A stretch of 64,000 bases of DNA from Botryllus schlosseri (lineage: Eukaryota), in contig CM119372.1 in NCBI GenBank assembly GCA_051294905.1, positions 16,866,001 through 16,930,000 of the forward strand. The letters are read 5' to 3'. Below the pieces are notes generated by a model. It did no database searches and was not told the origin of the DNA. It saw only the letters and a list, made by a program, of their open reading frames with translations. This document shows positions 12,950 through 24,229 of this stretch, piece after piece (the first letter of the stretch is position 1; every line of letters starts with the position of its first letter). The translations under genes were made by a program, and so were the position numbers.

Positions 12950-14246
12950 CAGAGGTGGTCAGTAACGAAGTATACTTCTACTTTTTGGAAGTACTCAACT
13001 AGTTTTCCTCTACTTCTGGTACTTATTCGAGTAGATCTGATTTTCTCTACTTCTACTTCCACTGCGTAATATTTTGTGATCTATACTTATTACTTATACT
13101 TTTCGCTATTTTCAGTTTCTCAAGTAGAAGTAGTTTTATCCCCCAATACGAAAGATAGCCTGAGAAATTTCGGGACTGTTTTCACGGAGTACCAACATTT
13201 AATATTCGTAAAAGTCAAGTAGCCCAGAAATTTTGTTGCGCTTCGCGCACTGTAGTTATGGAGTGGCAAATATGTTTTCACGTAAGTATCAGTGAATATC
13301 ATTTAGGTACTGGATTGCTTGATTACGCTCACACCGCATTGTCGCCCATGTCAAATTTTTCATCACAGTAAATATGGCCCACCATGGGATATGAAACTAC
13401 TGTTTCGCTATCTAGCAATTATACCTATCATATCGTAATCTAGCAGCCATGATGCGTCCTGCTAATCTGGAGAATCCGGATTTTTTTAGCGTTACACTTG
13501 TTTTAGCAGATCACCTTGGAAGCTTTAGTGACGAAAGACATGAAATATATTTTCCGCTTTTTAGAAGTGGTATTTATATTTCACTTTCAATTCCGAGTAT
13601 CATACTTTGAGTTCTAATTACTTTCAGTTCTTTCTTCTGCAGAACATACATGTTGAAACATAAAAACAAGTGCAGTAATGCCTCTATTTTCAGAAAATAA
13701 ATCTACACTAAATATAAATTTTACGATCCACAATATTTGTTATCAACGTATACTAATCGCGCAAAGAGTTGAAACCGTATCCGATACAACTTCTCCGTAT
13801 TGCTCTTCGCCTAAACGTGGGGCATTATAATATGGGACAGGGCATACCATGCCATGATATTCTCTAAAACGGGGTATTCTAGTGAACAAAGGGTTTATAG
13901 GTAACGCATTTTCATATCAATACTATAGTTTGCATCCCACGATGCGAAAGAATGCTTATTCTGTCGAAAATTGATACCTTCTGGGATGCATCAATACGAA
14001 TCAAGCTATCTGCACCTTCCGTATATCTCAATTTGCAGCTATTGACAGTCCATGCGAACGAATTAAGAGTGTTTTCAAAACTACTTCCTAACTTGAGTAG
14101 ATTTAAAGTCAGTCAATTCTACTACTACGTCAAGTAGTTTTAGGTTGCTTATGGAAGAAGTACTCCTACTGGTACTTGAGTAGATTTTTTCTCCGCTACA
14201 TCTACTTCTACTTGAGTAGCTTTTTTGACTACTTTGACCGCCTCTG
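12950..14246. mobile_element. MITE with TACTT/AAGTA-rich subterminal repeats
   Basis: TIR CAGAGGTGGTCA...TGACCGCCTCTG. Related copies at ~9810-10241 and ~23240-23716. Confidence 0.65.
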
Positions 14247-14396
14247 GACATATATATAGGTCTAGCTCTGTCTGCGTTCAGACTAAGAGCACCATCACCG
14301 AGATGATGGAAGTAGGCCTATATCCATCGAAAACAGAGATCATTGCAGATTTCAATTTCTAACGCGTGAAAGTGCTGTGTTCGAGATTATTCTGAT

Positions 14397-14882
14397 CAGT
14401 GATGAGCATTTGACGGACTCGGATAGAGTTTTGGGTCTGGATTTTGAGACAATTTTGAGACAGTCGGATCGGATTCGGATTCTATTACATACTTTTTTTC
14501 GGATAGTTGTAACTTCTGCTTCGGATATTTTTGGATTACCAGACGTAATTTTGATTTTAATTTCAAGTCAAAAGAAATATTCTTCCGCTCAACAACCAAG
14601 CACGGACAGTAAACTCATTCTATTAAGACTGCTAGCACTATAAATTTGTTCTGTCAATGGCCAAGTAAATATAAATCAGCTTACCCTAACCTTAGCCTTT
14701 GTAATGACGACTCTGCCCAGATGTACAAATACATGAATCATCGGAAAAGTTAATCGATGCAGATTATTCGGATTCGCATGGATTTTTGGTTGAGATTGTT
14801 CGAATTCGGACGGATAGTTTCTCAGGAACTCGCGATGTCGCACGGATTCGGATTCTCAGAAAGCAATATCCGCTCATCACTG
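14397..14882. mobile_element. MITE with GGATT-rich subterminal repeats
   Basis: TIR CAGTGATGAGC...GCTCATCACTG; imperfect TSD ATTCTGAT/GTCCTGAT. Related to 33464-33879. Confidence 0.7.
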
Positions 14883-15495
14883 GTCCTGATGTCTATGTCG
14901 TTCCTCTTAAAGACATATCAGCGTTGCATACGGTCTTCCTCTTCGTTCTCGTTTCATCTTGAAAGGTTATTGACTTCACGACACTGTCATTGGATTTTCG
15001 AATTATTTGTGCAAGAAATTTAGCTTGGTGGTGATCAATGAATGATGAGAGCATAGCAGTGAAATTTCCAAATCCCCCGTATAATAAATGCTACTTACCT
15101 TGTGTGATTTGTAATTGCCGTCTTTTTCGAATATCAAAATATGATAACCCTACATAAGCCTACCTACTTAGACACGTCGAAATTTCATGTATAGGGCCCG
15201 AAGCAGTTTACAGCAGTGCTGTAAACGACTCAAAAATGCTCAAAGTATTCAAAATATGACTTCCACGAGAATAAATGAAAGACGAAATTGCAATATAAAA
15301 CAATAAATCAGTTACAAGACATAGGCTACAGGTAAATCTCGATACTTGAATTCTTAAGCTCGCGGTCATTCGGGAGTAGAATTGCAAGAATCTACACATC
15401 AATTGATTCTTGCGATTTTTGCGATTACACTTCCGAATGACCCGTTGATTGATTGATTCTTGCGATTACACTCCGGAACGACCCGTTGGTAGGGT

Positions 15496-15756
15496 TAGGC
15501 TACCATACGTCATCTTTTAAGAGGATTGGTCCTCTTTTTGACTTTTTTGAAATCGACTTATATACCGTAAATCAGCACCGAAGTACGCTGCGACGGGTAT
15601 TTAGGGAGTTAAGCCGGAAAGAAAACCTTTTTCTTAGTCAACCGACCACGAAGTGGGAAAAAATTACCATTCTTTCAGGATGTTCCTCCGGTTTTTCGAG
15701 TCTCAAAATTCCGGAAAAGTGTCCTCTTTTCAGATTTCCGAAATATGGTAACCCTA
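15496..15756. mobile_element. Blackjack-like MITE (inverted relative to the 1609-1985 copy)
   Basis: TAGGCTACCATACGTC...ATATGGTAACCCTA with GTCCTCTTTT motifs. Confidence 0.7.
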
Positions 15757-15859
15757 CCCGTTGGCGAATTTTTTAGTCAACCTTGCTATCCAAATCCGGT
15801 TTTCCATTTAGATTTCGCCATTTTTAGTTGTTTCTGTACGATCGCCTGGCTCTCGAAGC

Positions 15860-16445
15860 TGTAAAGTCGCTGCTGAAGATATTCGGTGTTCTAAACATAG
15901 AAGATGTGCGGAAACTTGAAATCGCCAAGTTTATGTATCAGTTCCACTGCGGTCATTGCCCCGAATAGTTCAATGACTTCTTTACCTCGGGATCAAAAGC
16001 GCACAAGTACAATACACGCGCGTCCACGTCGTCCAAATATCATATGATAGACAGAAAAAAATCATCGCACTATCAAATATGCCGATCCTGACGTTTGGAA
16101 CAGTATCCCGCAGGCCATCCGTCAGTCGACGAGCTTGTCCACATTCAAGTCAAAATACAAACAATTACTACTACATGAATACTAGTCCATCCTCAAGATT
16201 ACCGGACCACGACCTGACCTATCGAACTCGCCTTCCATGACATTCAACCCCATTTTTGTCGCTTGCCTTTTCTCTACTATCATCTTTTACGTTTCATTCA
16301 GTGTGCATGCCTCCTCTTTACATTGCCTAGGCCAAGGTGGGTGTCTGATTCCATAAACTACTCCAAGTCGCTTCGACACCTTCCCTATCCTTTCATTGTA
16401 TCGCATTTTGTGGTGTATTGAACTGATAAAATTGCTAATAGACCA
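15860..16445 (+). mobile_element. LINE (L2/CR1 group, Crack/Daphne-like) 3' fragment, copy 2
   Basis: Degenerate ORF2 C-terminus: VLNIEDVRKLEIAKFMYQFHCGHCPE*FNDFF...HKYNTR...VWNSIPQAIRQSTSLSTFKSKYKQLLLHEY*, followed by the 3'UTR shared with 12370-12622. Confidence 0.75.
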
Positions 16446-16767
16446 ATGATTATGATGATGAACACAGGACATTTTACATTTCCTGAAAAAGGAGGACAAA
16501 TCCTACTACATAAGGACATGTGGTAACCCTGCGTTATTCGATATTTTATTGAATAGTAATAGTAATAGTATTGAATATCTATTGACCACAGTCGCCATAC
16601 TGATTCTATGATACCTTCAAATACACCAAAGAGGTCATCACTAGGTGGCTGACAGAACCTACGTTCTGCTTGCTGATCTCTTGACCGGTGTCGTCGAACA
16701 GGGTTCGTTAGTTGGCCGCAGATGTAAAGTGTTTCCTCAGTACAATATAGCAAACTACCGATAAAAA

Positions 16768-17571
16768 ATGCTTCCTCACATCAGCAGGGTGGTCGCCACC
16801 AACTCAGGTCTGTCGCATACCGTTCAAGTAATCGCCCGTAAGCCCTTAGCTGCACCGGCGGTCTTGAAGGCAAATATCCCCGATGTCGTCCCGGTAAAAC
16901 CCAAGTCATCAATGCCGACAGGAATACCAAGCGCAACCGTTTCGATGTTCGGATCTTCCTCTGTAAGATACGCCCATTCCGATATCACCGTGCCCGATTA
17001 CAGCGCTTACAGAGTGGCGAAACAGGAGACTGGCAAAAATTTCCGTCAGCAAGAAGACGAAAGGAAGCTCAGAACGAAGACGTTTAATTACGCTGTTTCC
17101 GCCGGACTATGGATGGGAGGCGCGTATGCTGCCAAAAATATTGTCACCACCTTCTTGAAGTCTATGAGTGCATCCGCGGATGTCTTAGCTCTGGCGTCGA
17201 TCGAAATCCCGATGTCTGATGTCCCAGAAGGAAAAAGCGTTACTTTCAAATGGAGAGGAAAACCGTTGTTTGTGCGGCACAGGACACCGGAGGAAATCGA
17301 ACAGGAGAGATCGGTCGCTCTTGGCGAATTGAGAGATCCACAGCACGATTCGGAAAGAGTTCAATTGCCTAACTTTCTCGTAGTTATCGGTGTTTGTACG
17401 CATTTGGGATGCGTGCCTATTGCGAATGCTGGAGATTTTGGTGGTTATTATTGTCCGTGTCATGGGTCGCATTATGACGCGTCTGGCCGAATTCGAAAAG
17501 GTCCGGCCCCCTTAAATTTAGAAGTCCCGGAATACAGCATTATGAACGATGAAATCCTCAAAGTCGGTTAA
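16768..17571 (+). CDS. UQCRFS1: Cytochrome b-c1 complex Rieske iron-sulfur subunit, mitochondrial precursor (single coding exon)
   Basis: Intact 267-aa ORF with a basic presequence, TM helix, SASADVLA hinge, Rieske boxes CTHLGC and CPCHGS, and GPAPLNL. Confidence 0.98.
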   Translation: MLPHISRVVATNSGLSHTVQVIARKPLAAPAVLKANIPDVVPVKPKSSMPTGIPSATVSMFGSSSVRYAHSDITVPDYSAYRVAKQETGKNFRQQEDERKLRTKTFNYAVSAGLWMGGAYAAKNIVTTFLKSMSASADVLALASIEIPMSDVPEGKSVTFKWRGKPLFVRHRTPEEIEQERSVALGELRDPQHDSERVQLPNFLVVIGVCTHLGCVPIANAGDFGGYYCPCHGSHYDASGRIRKGPAPLNLEVPEYSIMNDEILKVG

Positions 17572-17899
17572 TGTTTGCCTGTTTAATAGTGCTGTTTAGA
17601 AAAATGTTTAATTGGCATGACTGAAATTGGTATTTATGTCGGTCTGAAAAATTTGGCCATCGATTTCATTGACATGAAATATTTCATGTTTGGATATGGT
17701 TTGAATTCATTTACACAGTTGATTTTCATGCATTTTACGCTATGATCTCCCTCTCTTGTTAAAAAACACTGGCGAAATTCAATGTCCATTCGCATTGTTA
17801 TATTGCGATTGACCGATAACAATTTTGTGATGTTGAAATATATATGTATACATTGCAGATATAGTCTTAGGTCTTTTTTACCGTAGATAGGCGTGTGTC

Positions 17900-20800
17900 A
17901 TGTCTCTTTACGACGGTATTGGACTGGATGGAAATCAAAATGCAAAGGCTTCTGGATGGTCCTCCAGTTTTACCATGCTGAAATCGCAGCTGGAAGCAAA
18001 GAAAGCTGCTTTGACCAAAGCGAAACACGCAAAGCATCGTCAAAGCAATCCTGTCATTGCTCCTGTGATTAATTTGAACTCGGCGATTAAGTTGGAAGAC
18101 AAAACTGACAGCACCAAGACAGACACCGCACCGGTTAGCAATGAGTTTGAATGTAATACTATTATTCGACCCATGACTAATTGCCGAGCTACTGAATCAA
18201 CCATATGGAATCCTGGCTCGTGGTATCACAAGCATGTTGTCAACAATTACGTGCAGTGGGCAGACAGCCCAATTGAAAAAGATAATGTCGTCTGGCCCCC
18301 ACAATTCACTTATATTGTATAGTTACTTGTGGTTGTATATATTGTTGATATATTTCAGTCGTCTCAGTCACTATGCATTGGTGCTGTAGGCTACTGCCAA
18401 GAGTCTTTGGTTCGTCTGTTGAGGCTCTAGGTTTACTTGCATTGCTAATGAAATAGCACTAGCACTCACATCCTTGCACAGCAGTTTGCCAATAACGGCG
18501 AAATGCATACAGCAAAACCCGATCTGTCCCGGGTGCTAGTCCTGCCACATCGTAAAATCAAACCTGGCACTTGATCAAAGTTCTCTTGAGCAATTAATTG
18601 AAAAAATAGCACATTGATTCTGGTACCGAATAGTCGTGTACTCGTGTTTTTCAAGTGTGACATGAAATAGAAGGGTGCAGTGATGATGTTGTTGCTTGCA
18701 ACCTATCATTGTTATGCTATTGTTCTGCTCGGCTAAGAAGCTTCATTCTCGATTTCGGAATGTAGCGACTGCTGTGTGCCGGTACGCTCGTTTTCGATCG
18801 CTTGACGGTTACTGTTGATGACACGTTGGCTTGCATTTATTTTCTCGTCAAAACAGGCAATCTAAAACCTGGATCTGTAGGTTTTCTTGGAATTGAAACA
18901 GAGGAGTTCTTTAAATTTAAATCTGTTCATAAAAGTTGGTCATCACTTGCTCCTTCAGTCCGAACTTGGTAATTATAACATAACGAACGACGTCTCGCTG
19001 TGTGAGAATACTAGACTCTCCACTTTACAGGGCTGTGATGTTGAAAGTTACTATCGTTATATTTTTTGTGATCCAGGCCGAGCCCCCAACGACTCAGTAC
19101 ATCGCCGGCGAGAATTTAGATCTTTTCGAAGACGAGTACGACCCTCGCTATCCGAACGAGTACGAAAAAGTGCTCAAGAAAATGGCGGAAAAGCAGCGGG
19201 AGAAGGACAGGGTAGAGAAGGAAAAGGAGGAGGAGGAACGGCGGAAAAGGAGAGAATCGAGACACGCCGAGAGAGACCGTGAAAGGGACCGGAGAGGGAG
19301 GGAAGATCGGAAATCTTTCGGTTTGTAGTTATTTACAAAATCTCATATATTTGTTCGGAAATTGGAAGCCATGGGACTGGAACTATGTTTGAAATATATT
19401 CATGCTCTTAAGATGGATCTTATGGAAGAATCAAAATTGTCACAACAAATTTGTACGTACGTCAAAGTTGAGTGCACTGTATTTTGCGATCGCAGCCGGC
19501 TAGACTAGACTTTTGCAAAATTGTTTGCCTGTTCATCTCAAATTTATTGTCGGAAAATATCTCGTCCGAGAAGTATTCACGATCTCTTCCGTCTCATCTA
19601 ATGTCTTGTAACTCTATTTTAATCGATCAAAGTATGTCACCAAGAACCTATCGAAGTATATCATTCTTACATCGACGTATCACAGTTGAAGTCGTTTCAT
19701 TTGTTCGCCAACAGTCTACTTAAAACTTGCATGCTTGCAGGGGGGCCAGGCAGTGGCTTCTCAAGACGCCCTCCTTCCGACGACGAAGAAGAAGACGATT
19801 ACGAGAGGCAGAAAAGGATGCGCATGTCTGCCGCTAATAAAGCGGCGATCGCCCCGCCTACGAATCTCATCGAGGAAGACAAAAAAGCGGAGATGCCCGC
19901 GCCTCAATTATCAGGTCTGTCTCTCGATGTCTTTGTGAGATCTTGCAAATTTTACCGTTGAACGCTGTGCATGGTCGGCAATTCGCGCTATTAGCTGGTA
20001 TTCCTGTACGCAGTGGGGAAAACACGGTCCTTTAAAATTGACACTACTCATATATTTAAATGCTGATTCTATCTTCAATATTTAATAGCTCATTTACAAT
20101 TCATCGATTTGTAGCACGCTGGTGCGTTTCGTTCATAATAAAATGGGATGCGGTGTAATCAATTTCCATGTATCGGCTAATACGCACATTTTGCTCAATT
20201 TTTTGTCCTAAAATCAGGGTTGCGTATTATACATGGGTACAAGAGTTTTAAAAAGATTTCCCCCGACATAAAACTTGCAATTACACCTTTCCCCTTGTTT
20301 GTTGTCAATCGCGCATCACATCGTGCCTTGACTCGGATGGCAATGGATGGCAATCTGATTACCGCACCTATTTTCCACATCTGATAGGTATAATTGACTT
20401 GTTTTCACCCATTAAAAGGGTGTTGAAGTATCGTTTGCCTGGTTTACAACTAGGGCTGGGCAAAATCGAGTACCTGAGTGATTCGATTCTGAATCACGTA
20501 AAATGCTTCGAGTCGAGTCGAGTATTCGAGTATCACTCATTATGATGTCACAACAGAATGTACTATGCCAAAGTTCAAATATCTACCTTTTATGCCACCA
20601 CGCAGAACATAATGCCTGCTACCCGTCACATTAAATATACTTTGGTAATTTTTCAACCATACCGACTTCATTGCCCTTCTTGACAATGTCGTGGAACGAT
20701 CATGACTTCGGAAATGTGTTATTTCCAGTCATGATCGTAGCTTTGTACTATGTCTATTATGCTACGACACGGCCAATCAAGGTTTCAAGGCTTCCTCAGT

Positions 20801-23800
20801 GGAAAATATTATCAAAAATAGAATTCTCGTTAGTTAATTAACTTTCAGTTGCGAGGAGCGTATATTTTCAGTACTCGAAAAAATCGTCTTTTACTACTCG
20901 ACTCGAATCATTAAAATTAATACTCGATTCAGATTCGAGTACTCGAATCATTGTGCCCAGCCCTATTTACAACCCACGCTATGGTGGACGTGGAAATATA
21001 GTTAATACACATAGATTTCCAGTTGTACATCTTTCTTCTCTGCTGCTTCGAACACACTCCATACGAACACAATGCTCTCGCATCAGACGCTTTCTCTATC
21101 ACCTGCTCGAGTGCTCGTACAGGGGGTGCGTAATATACATACATGGGTACAGGAGTTTTTTCCCGTTTATCATGCCATTTTAATGGTACAGCTTCTTGGA
21201 GGTACAGAACTTCAATATACAATTGAATAGTATATTCATATTGAAATAAACCCGAATATTTTCGGCTGACACTCGTCAGGGGTAATCGTCAGCAACTAGT
21301 AGAGAATTGGAAAGAACATTGTATCACAAAATATGACGTCACCAGCATGAAAGAGAGAGCGTTCAATTTACTATTTTTAGGGGGTACACGAACTCATTTT
21401 ATTGACAGAGTTTGGATTGGTGTATTTTGATAAGAGTTGACTCCTAGGCACACAAATGGAAGTGTGAACAGCCCGTCCCAACGACGCGAAATCTGTCATC
21501 TCAATCGATCTGTCATCGCGTCGTTGAGAGGGGCTGACTAGTTGCTGACGATTACCCCTGACGAGTGTCAGCCGAAAATATTCAGGTATATTTCAATATG
21601 AATATACTATTCAATTGTACATTTGAAGGGTGCGTATTATACATGGAAAATTACGGCATTTCTTTTGCGACGGGTGTCAGTTCTGCCGGTTAGTTAGAAT
21701 CACTGAGTACGCGTCTGCGTGTATTTGTCGTGATGTCAATTTTTCGTGATCGAGACATATATATTTGCCCCACGCATTCGTTTTGACTCTGACTGTTCGT
21801 TCAGGCGGCGCAGGCACCCAGTTTGCTCACAACCTCGCCGGTTCCGTCGCCCACAAAATCATGTCTCGCTACGGCTTCAAGGAAGGTCAAGGGCTTGGCA
21901 AGGGCAACAGAGGCATCAGCCATGCGCTGCAGGTATTTCGAAGGATCGCGCAGTGCTCGAGGGTGCAGCCCTGATGTCGGTGTTGGCGTGCGATTCAGGT
22001 GGAGAAGACTAGCAAGCGTGGCGGGAAGATCATATCGAGCGCGCAAATCGAGAAGCAGATCGAGGACGAGAAGAGGAAGGAGCAGGAGGAACGGGAGAGC
22101 GTCGCCAACCTGTTGAAGAATCCGACCAAGGTACTGTGCCATTGGTTGTCAGTGCATTCAGCACTTGGTGAATTTGGCATTAGAAATGAATGACTATAAT
22201 TATATGAAAGTGATGCATAAATATTATTATTAAATCAGAAAATGAATGTTTCACCGAGTGTGACCGTGAATTTTGGTGGCCAGCACTTGGTGTTTATATA
22301 TCAATGTATTCGGGTACGGGTAGGTAGGAGTAGGTGGGGATTAGGATTAGGGGTCGACAAGTGTCTAATTCAGCAAATGCTGGATTCTCTAGTAATCTTG
22401 GCGTTAATTGCGGCTGCTAGCCAAACAGGGAATGCGCAATTTGACAAACGCTTAAGCGATTTAAGCATTGCCGATGTTTCTGTGATGCACAGGACAGGAT
22501 GCTGTTCAAATCTCTCGAAAGCAAGCGGGGTTGCTCAAAGTGCACTGAGTAGCGAGTACTGTTAAAAAGTATACGGTGGAAAATACGTCTCGTGGTCTGA
22601 TTAGTTTAAATTGGCTTGCGATAAGTTGAAAAATTCTAGGCTCTATCCCCGTGACGAACTATTGCATGCGTTTTTTACGTTCTATTCTGAAGCTATGTTC
22701 GGCTTGTGATTAAGGACCTGCTGTCCGTTACTCTTTCACAAATATGAGAACTATGTGCGAACAGATGTGTTTTGACATGTAAAAGATGGCCCTGAGTAGT
22801 TTGTCATCAAATGGTGCGCCATAGTGGAAAAATTGTACTTCCTTTCTCTGAAAATGTGCGTCCTCATTACCAATTCAGTATTCAGTGTGACGCCTGGATA
22901 AGAGGTTGCCAGTAACCAAATGTTTACACTTGGCAATTCGAAAAATATAAAGATATTTTTGCATACGTTTTTATCACCTTTTTGAGTGGACGGCTGCGTG
23001 AAATAGGCTCTGAATATTTATTTCTCATGTCTGATTATTTGTTTCAATCATGTTTTTCGAAGATTGTACCTATTAGCGATAGTAGTTATTAGTCATTTAG
23101 TGCTAGTCGCAACTGTGCGTCTTGCAATCTCGAATAGAGCAACCACCGATGAACCGCTACAAGGATGAGACGACGTGACTGCAACATGCGACAACTACAC
23201 ATTTAAACACCTACTCGATTAATTTTCAAGACTTCGTATTCTACTTCTACTTCAGTGGTTTCCAACCTTTTTCGACTCGTCACGCCCTCACCTATCTCGA
23301 CACAAGTTTTCGCCCCCCCCCCCCATATTTATGGATCCGAAAAAGAAGACGTTTAGACGGGAAATTTATTGACCTAACTCTGATCGCTGGTGAATTTACT
23401 AAAAACGGGCCATTTTTTCGAAGTGTTGTGTGCTCGGGAAACCGGTTTGCATGCCCACTTTCCTTTGAGTTGACCTTTTTTTCTCGCTATATGCAGAATA
23501 AGCCATCTTCACATGCATTTTTTGGTAATGGCAGTTTAAACATTTTCGCCCCCTTGTTTCTCAAAATCGGTTGGGGTGCGATATCGTTCATGTTGGGAAC
23601 CACCGTTCTACTGGATTTAGTTTTGGCATGTCTCGGTAGCCACTACTTATGATGGAGTTGAAATTCAGACATTACTTTTAATCGAGTAGCAAAGCTGAAT
23701 ACTTTGACCACCATCTGTTCGTCAGTGATCACTGATCACCTCAGTCGACCAAACATCACAATAGATTTCGAAGAAATGACAGGTTCACGGTTTCAGTGTG

Positions 23801-24229
23801 TGCACGAAGACAATGCCCATAGGATTGTATCAACAAATTTTATAGGCCGTCACCTTGACAAAGCGTTTTTATGGCCACAGGTAGTGGTTCTGCGCAATAT
23901 GGTCGGTCCGGGCGAGGTGGACGAGGAGCTGCAGGTGGAGACTTCGGAAGAATGCCGGAAATACGGCGAAGTGAAAAAGTACGACAGCCCCGACACCGTT
24001 CGCAACACGTTTCGTAACATGTTGTCTTCTCAGGTGTTTGATCTACGAGATGGTCGGGCAACGGGAAGAGGAAGAAGCTGTACGCATCTTCATCGAATTC
24101 GAACGGATGGAGTCTGCGATCAAAGCAGTGGTGGACCTCAACGGCCGCTACTTTGGCGGTCGTACAGTGCGCGCCTGCTTCTACGAGCCCAGCAAATTTC
24201 ACGATTTCCTTCTCGGGGATCCGCTCTGA
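17900..24229 (+). CDS. RBM17: Splicing factor 45 / RBM17 (G-patch + UHM)
   Basis: Exons 17900-18133, 19077-19320, 19741-19914, 21805-21932, 21999-22130, 23881-23978, 24034-24229, all GT-AG and phase-consistent. Motifs: MSLYD N-terminus, DEYDPRYPNEYEK, AAIAPP, G-patch (KIMSRYGFKEGQGLGK), UHM (LRNMVGPGEVD...LNGRYFGGRTV). Confidence 0.96.
20451..20965. mobile_element. hAT-type MITE (TAGGGCTGGGCA TIR)
   Basis: Perfect TSD TTTACAAC at 20443-20450 and 20966-20973. An inverted homolog is at 38558-39061. It sits inside an older Tc2/pogo-like relic (~20155-21656). Confidence 0.9.
21249..21284 (-). ncRNA. Candidate minimal type I hammerhead ribozyme (inverted copy)
   Basis: Minus strand TACCC-CTGACGA-GTGTCAGCC-GAAA-ATAT-TC-GGGTT; stem I ACCC/GGGT is perfectly paired. 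Confidence 0.6.
21553..21588 (+). ncRNA. Candidate minimal type I hammerhead ribozyme
   Basis: TACCC-CTGACGA-GTGTCAGCC-GAAA-ATAT-TC-AGGTA: conserved CUGANGA/GAAA/UH core, stem I TACC/GGTA with one C.A mismatch, palindromic ATAT loop III. Predicted cleavage after C21583. Confidence 0.55.

Larger units (their letters stand above)
21218..21619. mobile_element. ~400-bp element with 83-bp inverted arms carrying hammerhead motifs (Penelope-like/retrozyme-like)
   Basis: Arms 21218-21300 and 21537-21619 differ at only 2 positions. An internal hairpin spans 21469-21536. Confidence 0.75.

Noticed and set aside
15041..15110. C/D snoRNA candidate (ATGATGA)
   Set aside because: No D box (CTGA) at a suitable distance and no terminal stem.
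16768..17571. UQCRFS1 as a processed pseudogene because it is intronless
   Set aside because: Full-length ORF with presequence and all cluster ligands; no poly(A) remnant or TSD seen.
18134..18322. Extension of RBM17 exon 1 in the 140-aa ORF
   Set aside because: Read-through past the donor at 18133; RBM17-like sequence resumes in frame at 19077.
21801..24202. Antisense ORFs over RBM17 exons (21801-22142, 23840-24202)
   Set aside because: Shadow ORFs of GC-rich coding exons with no recognisable motifs.
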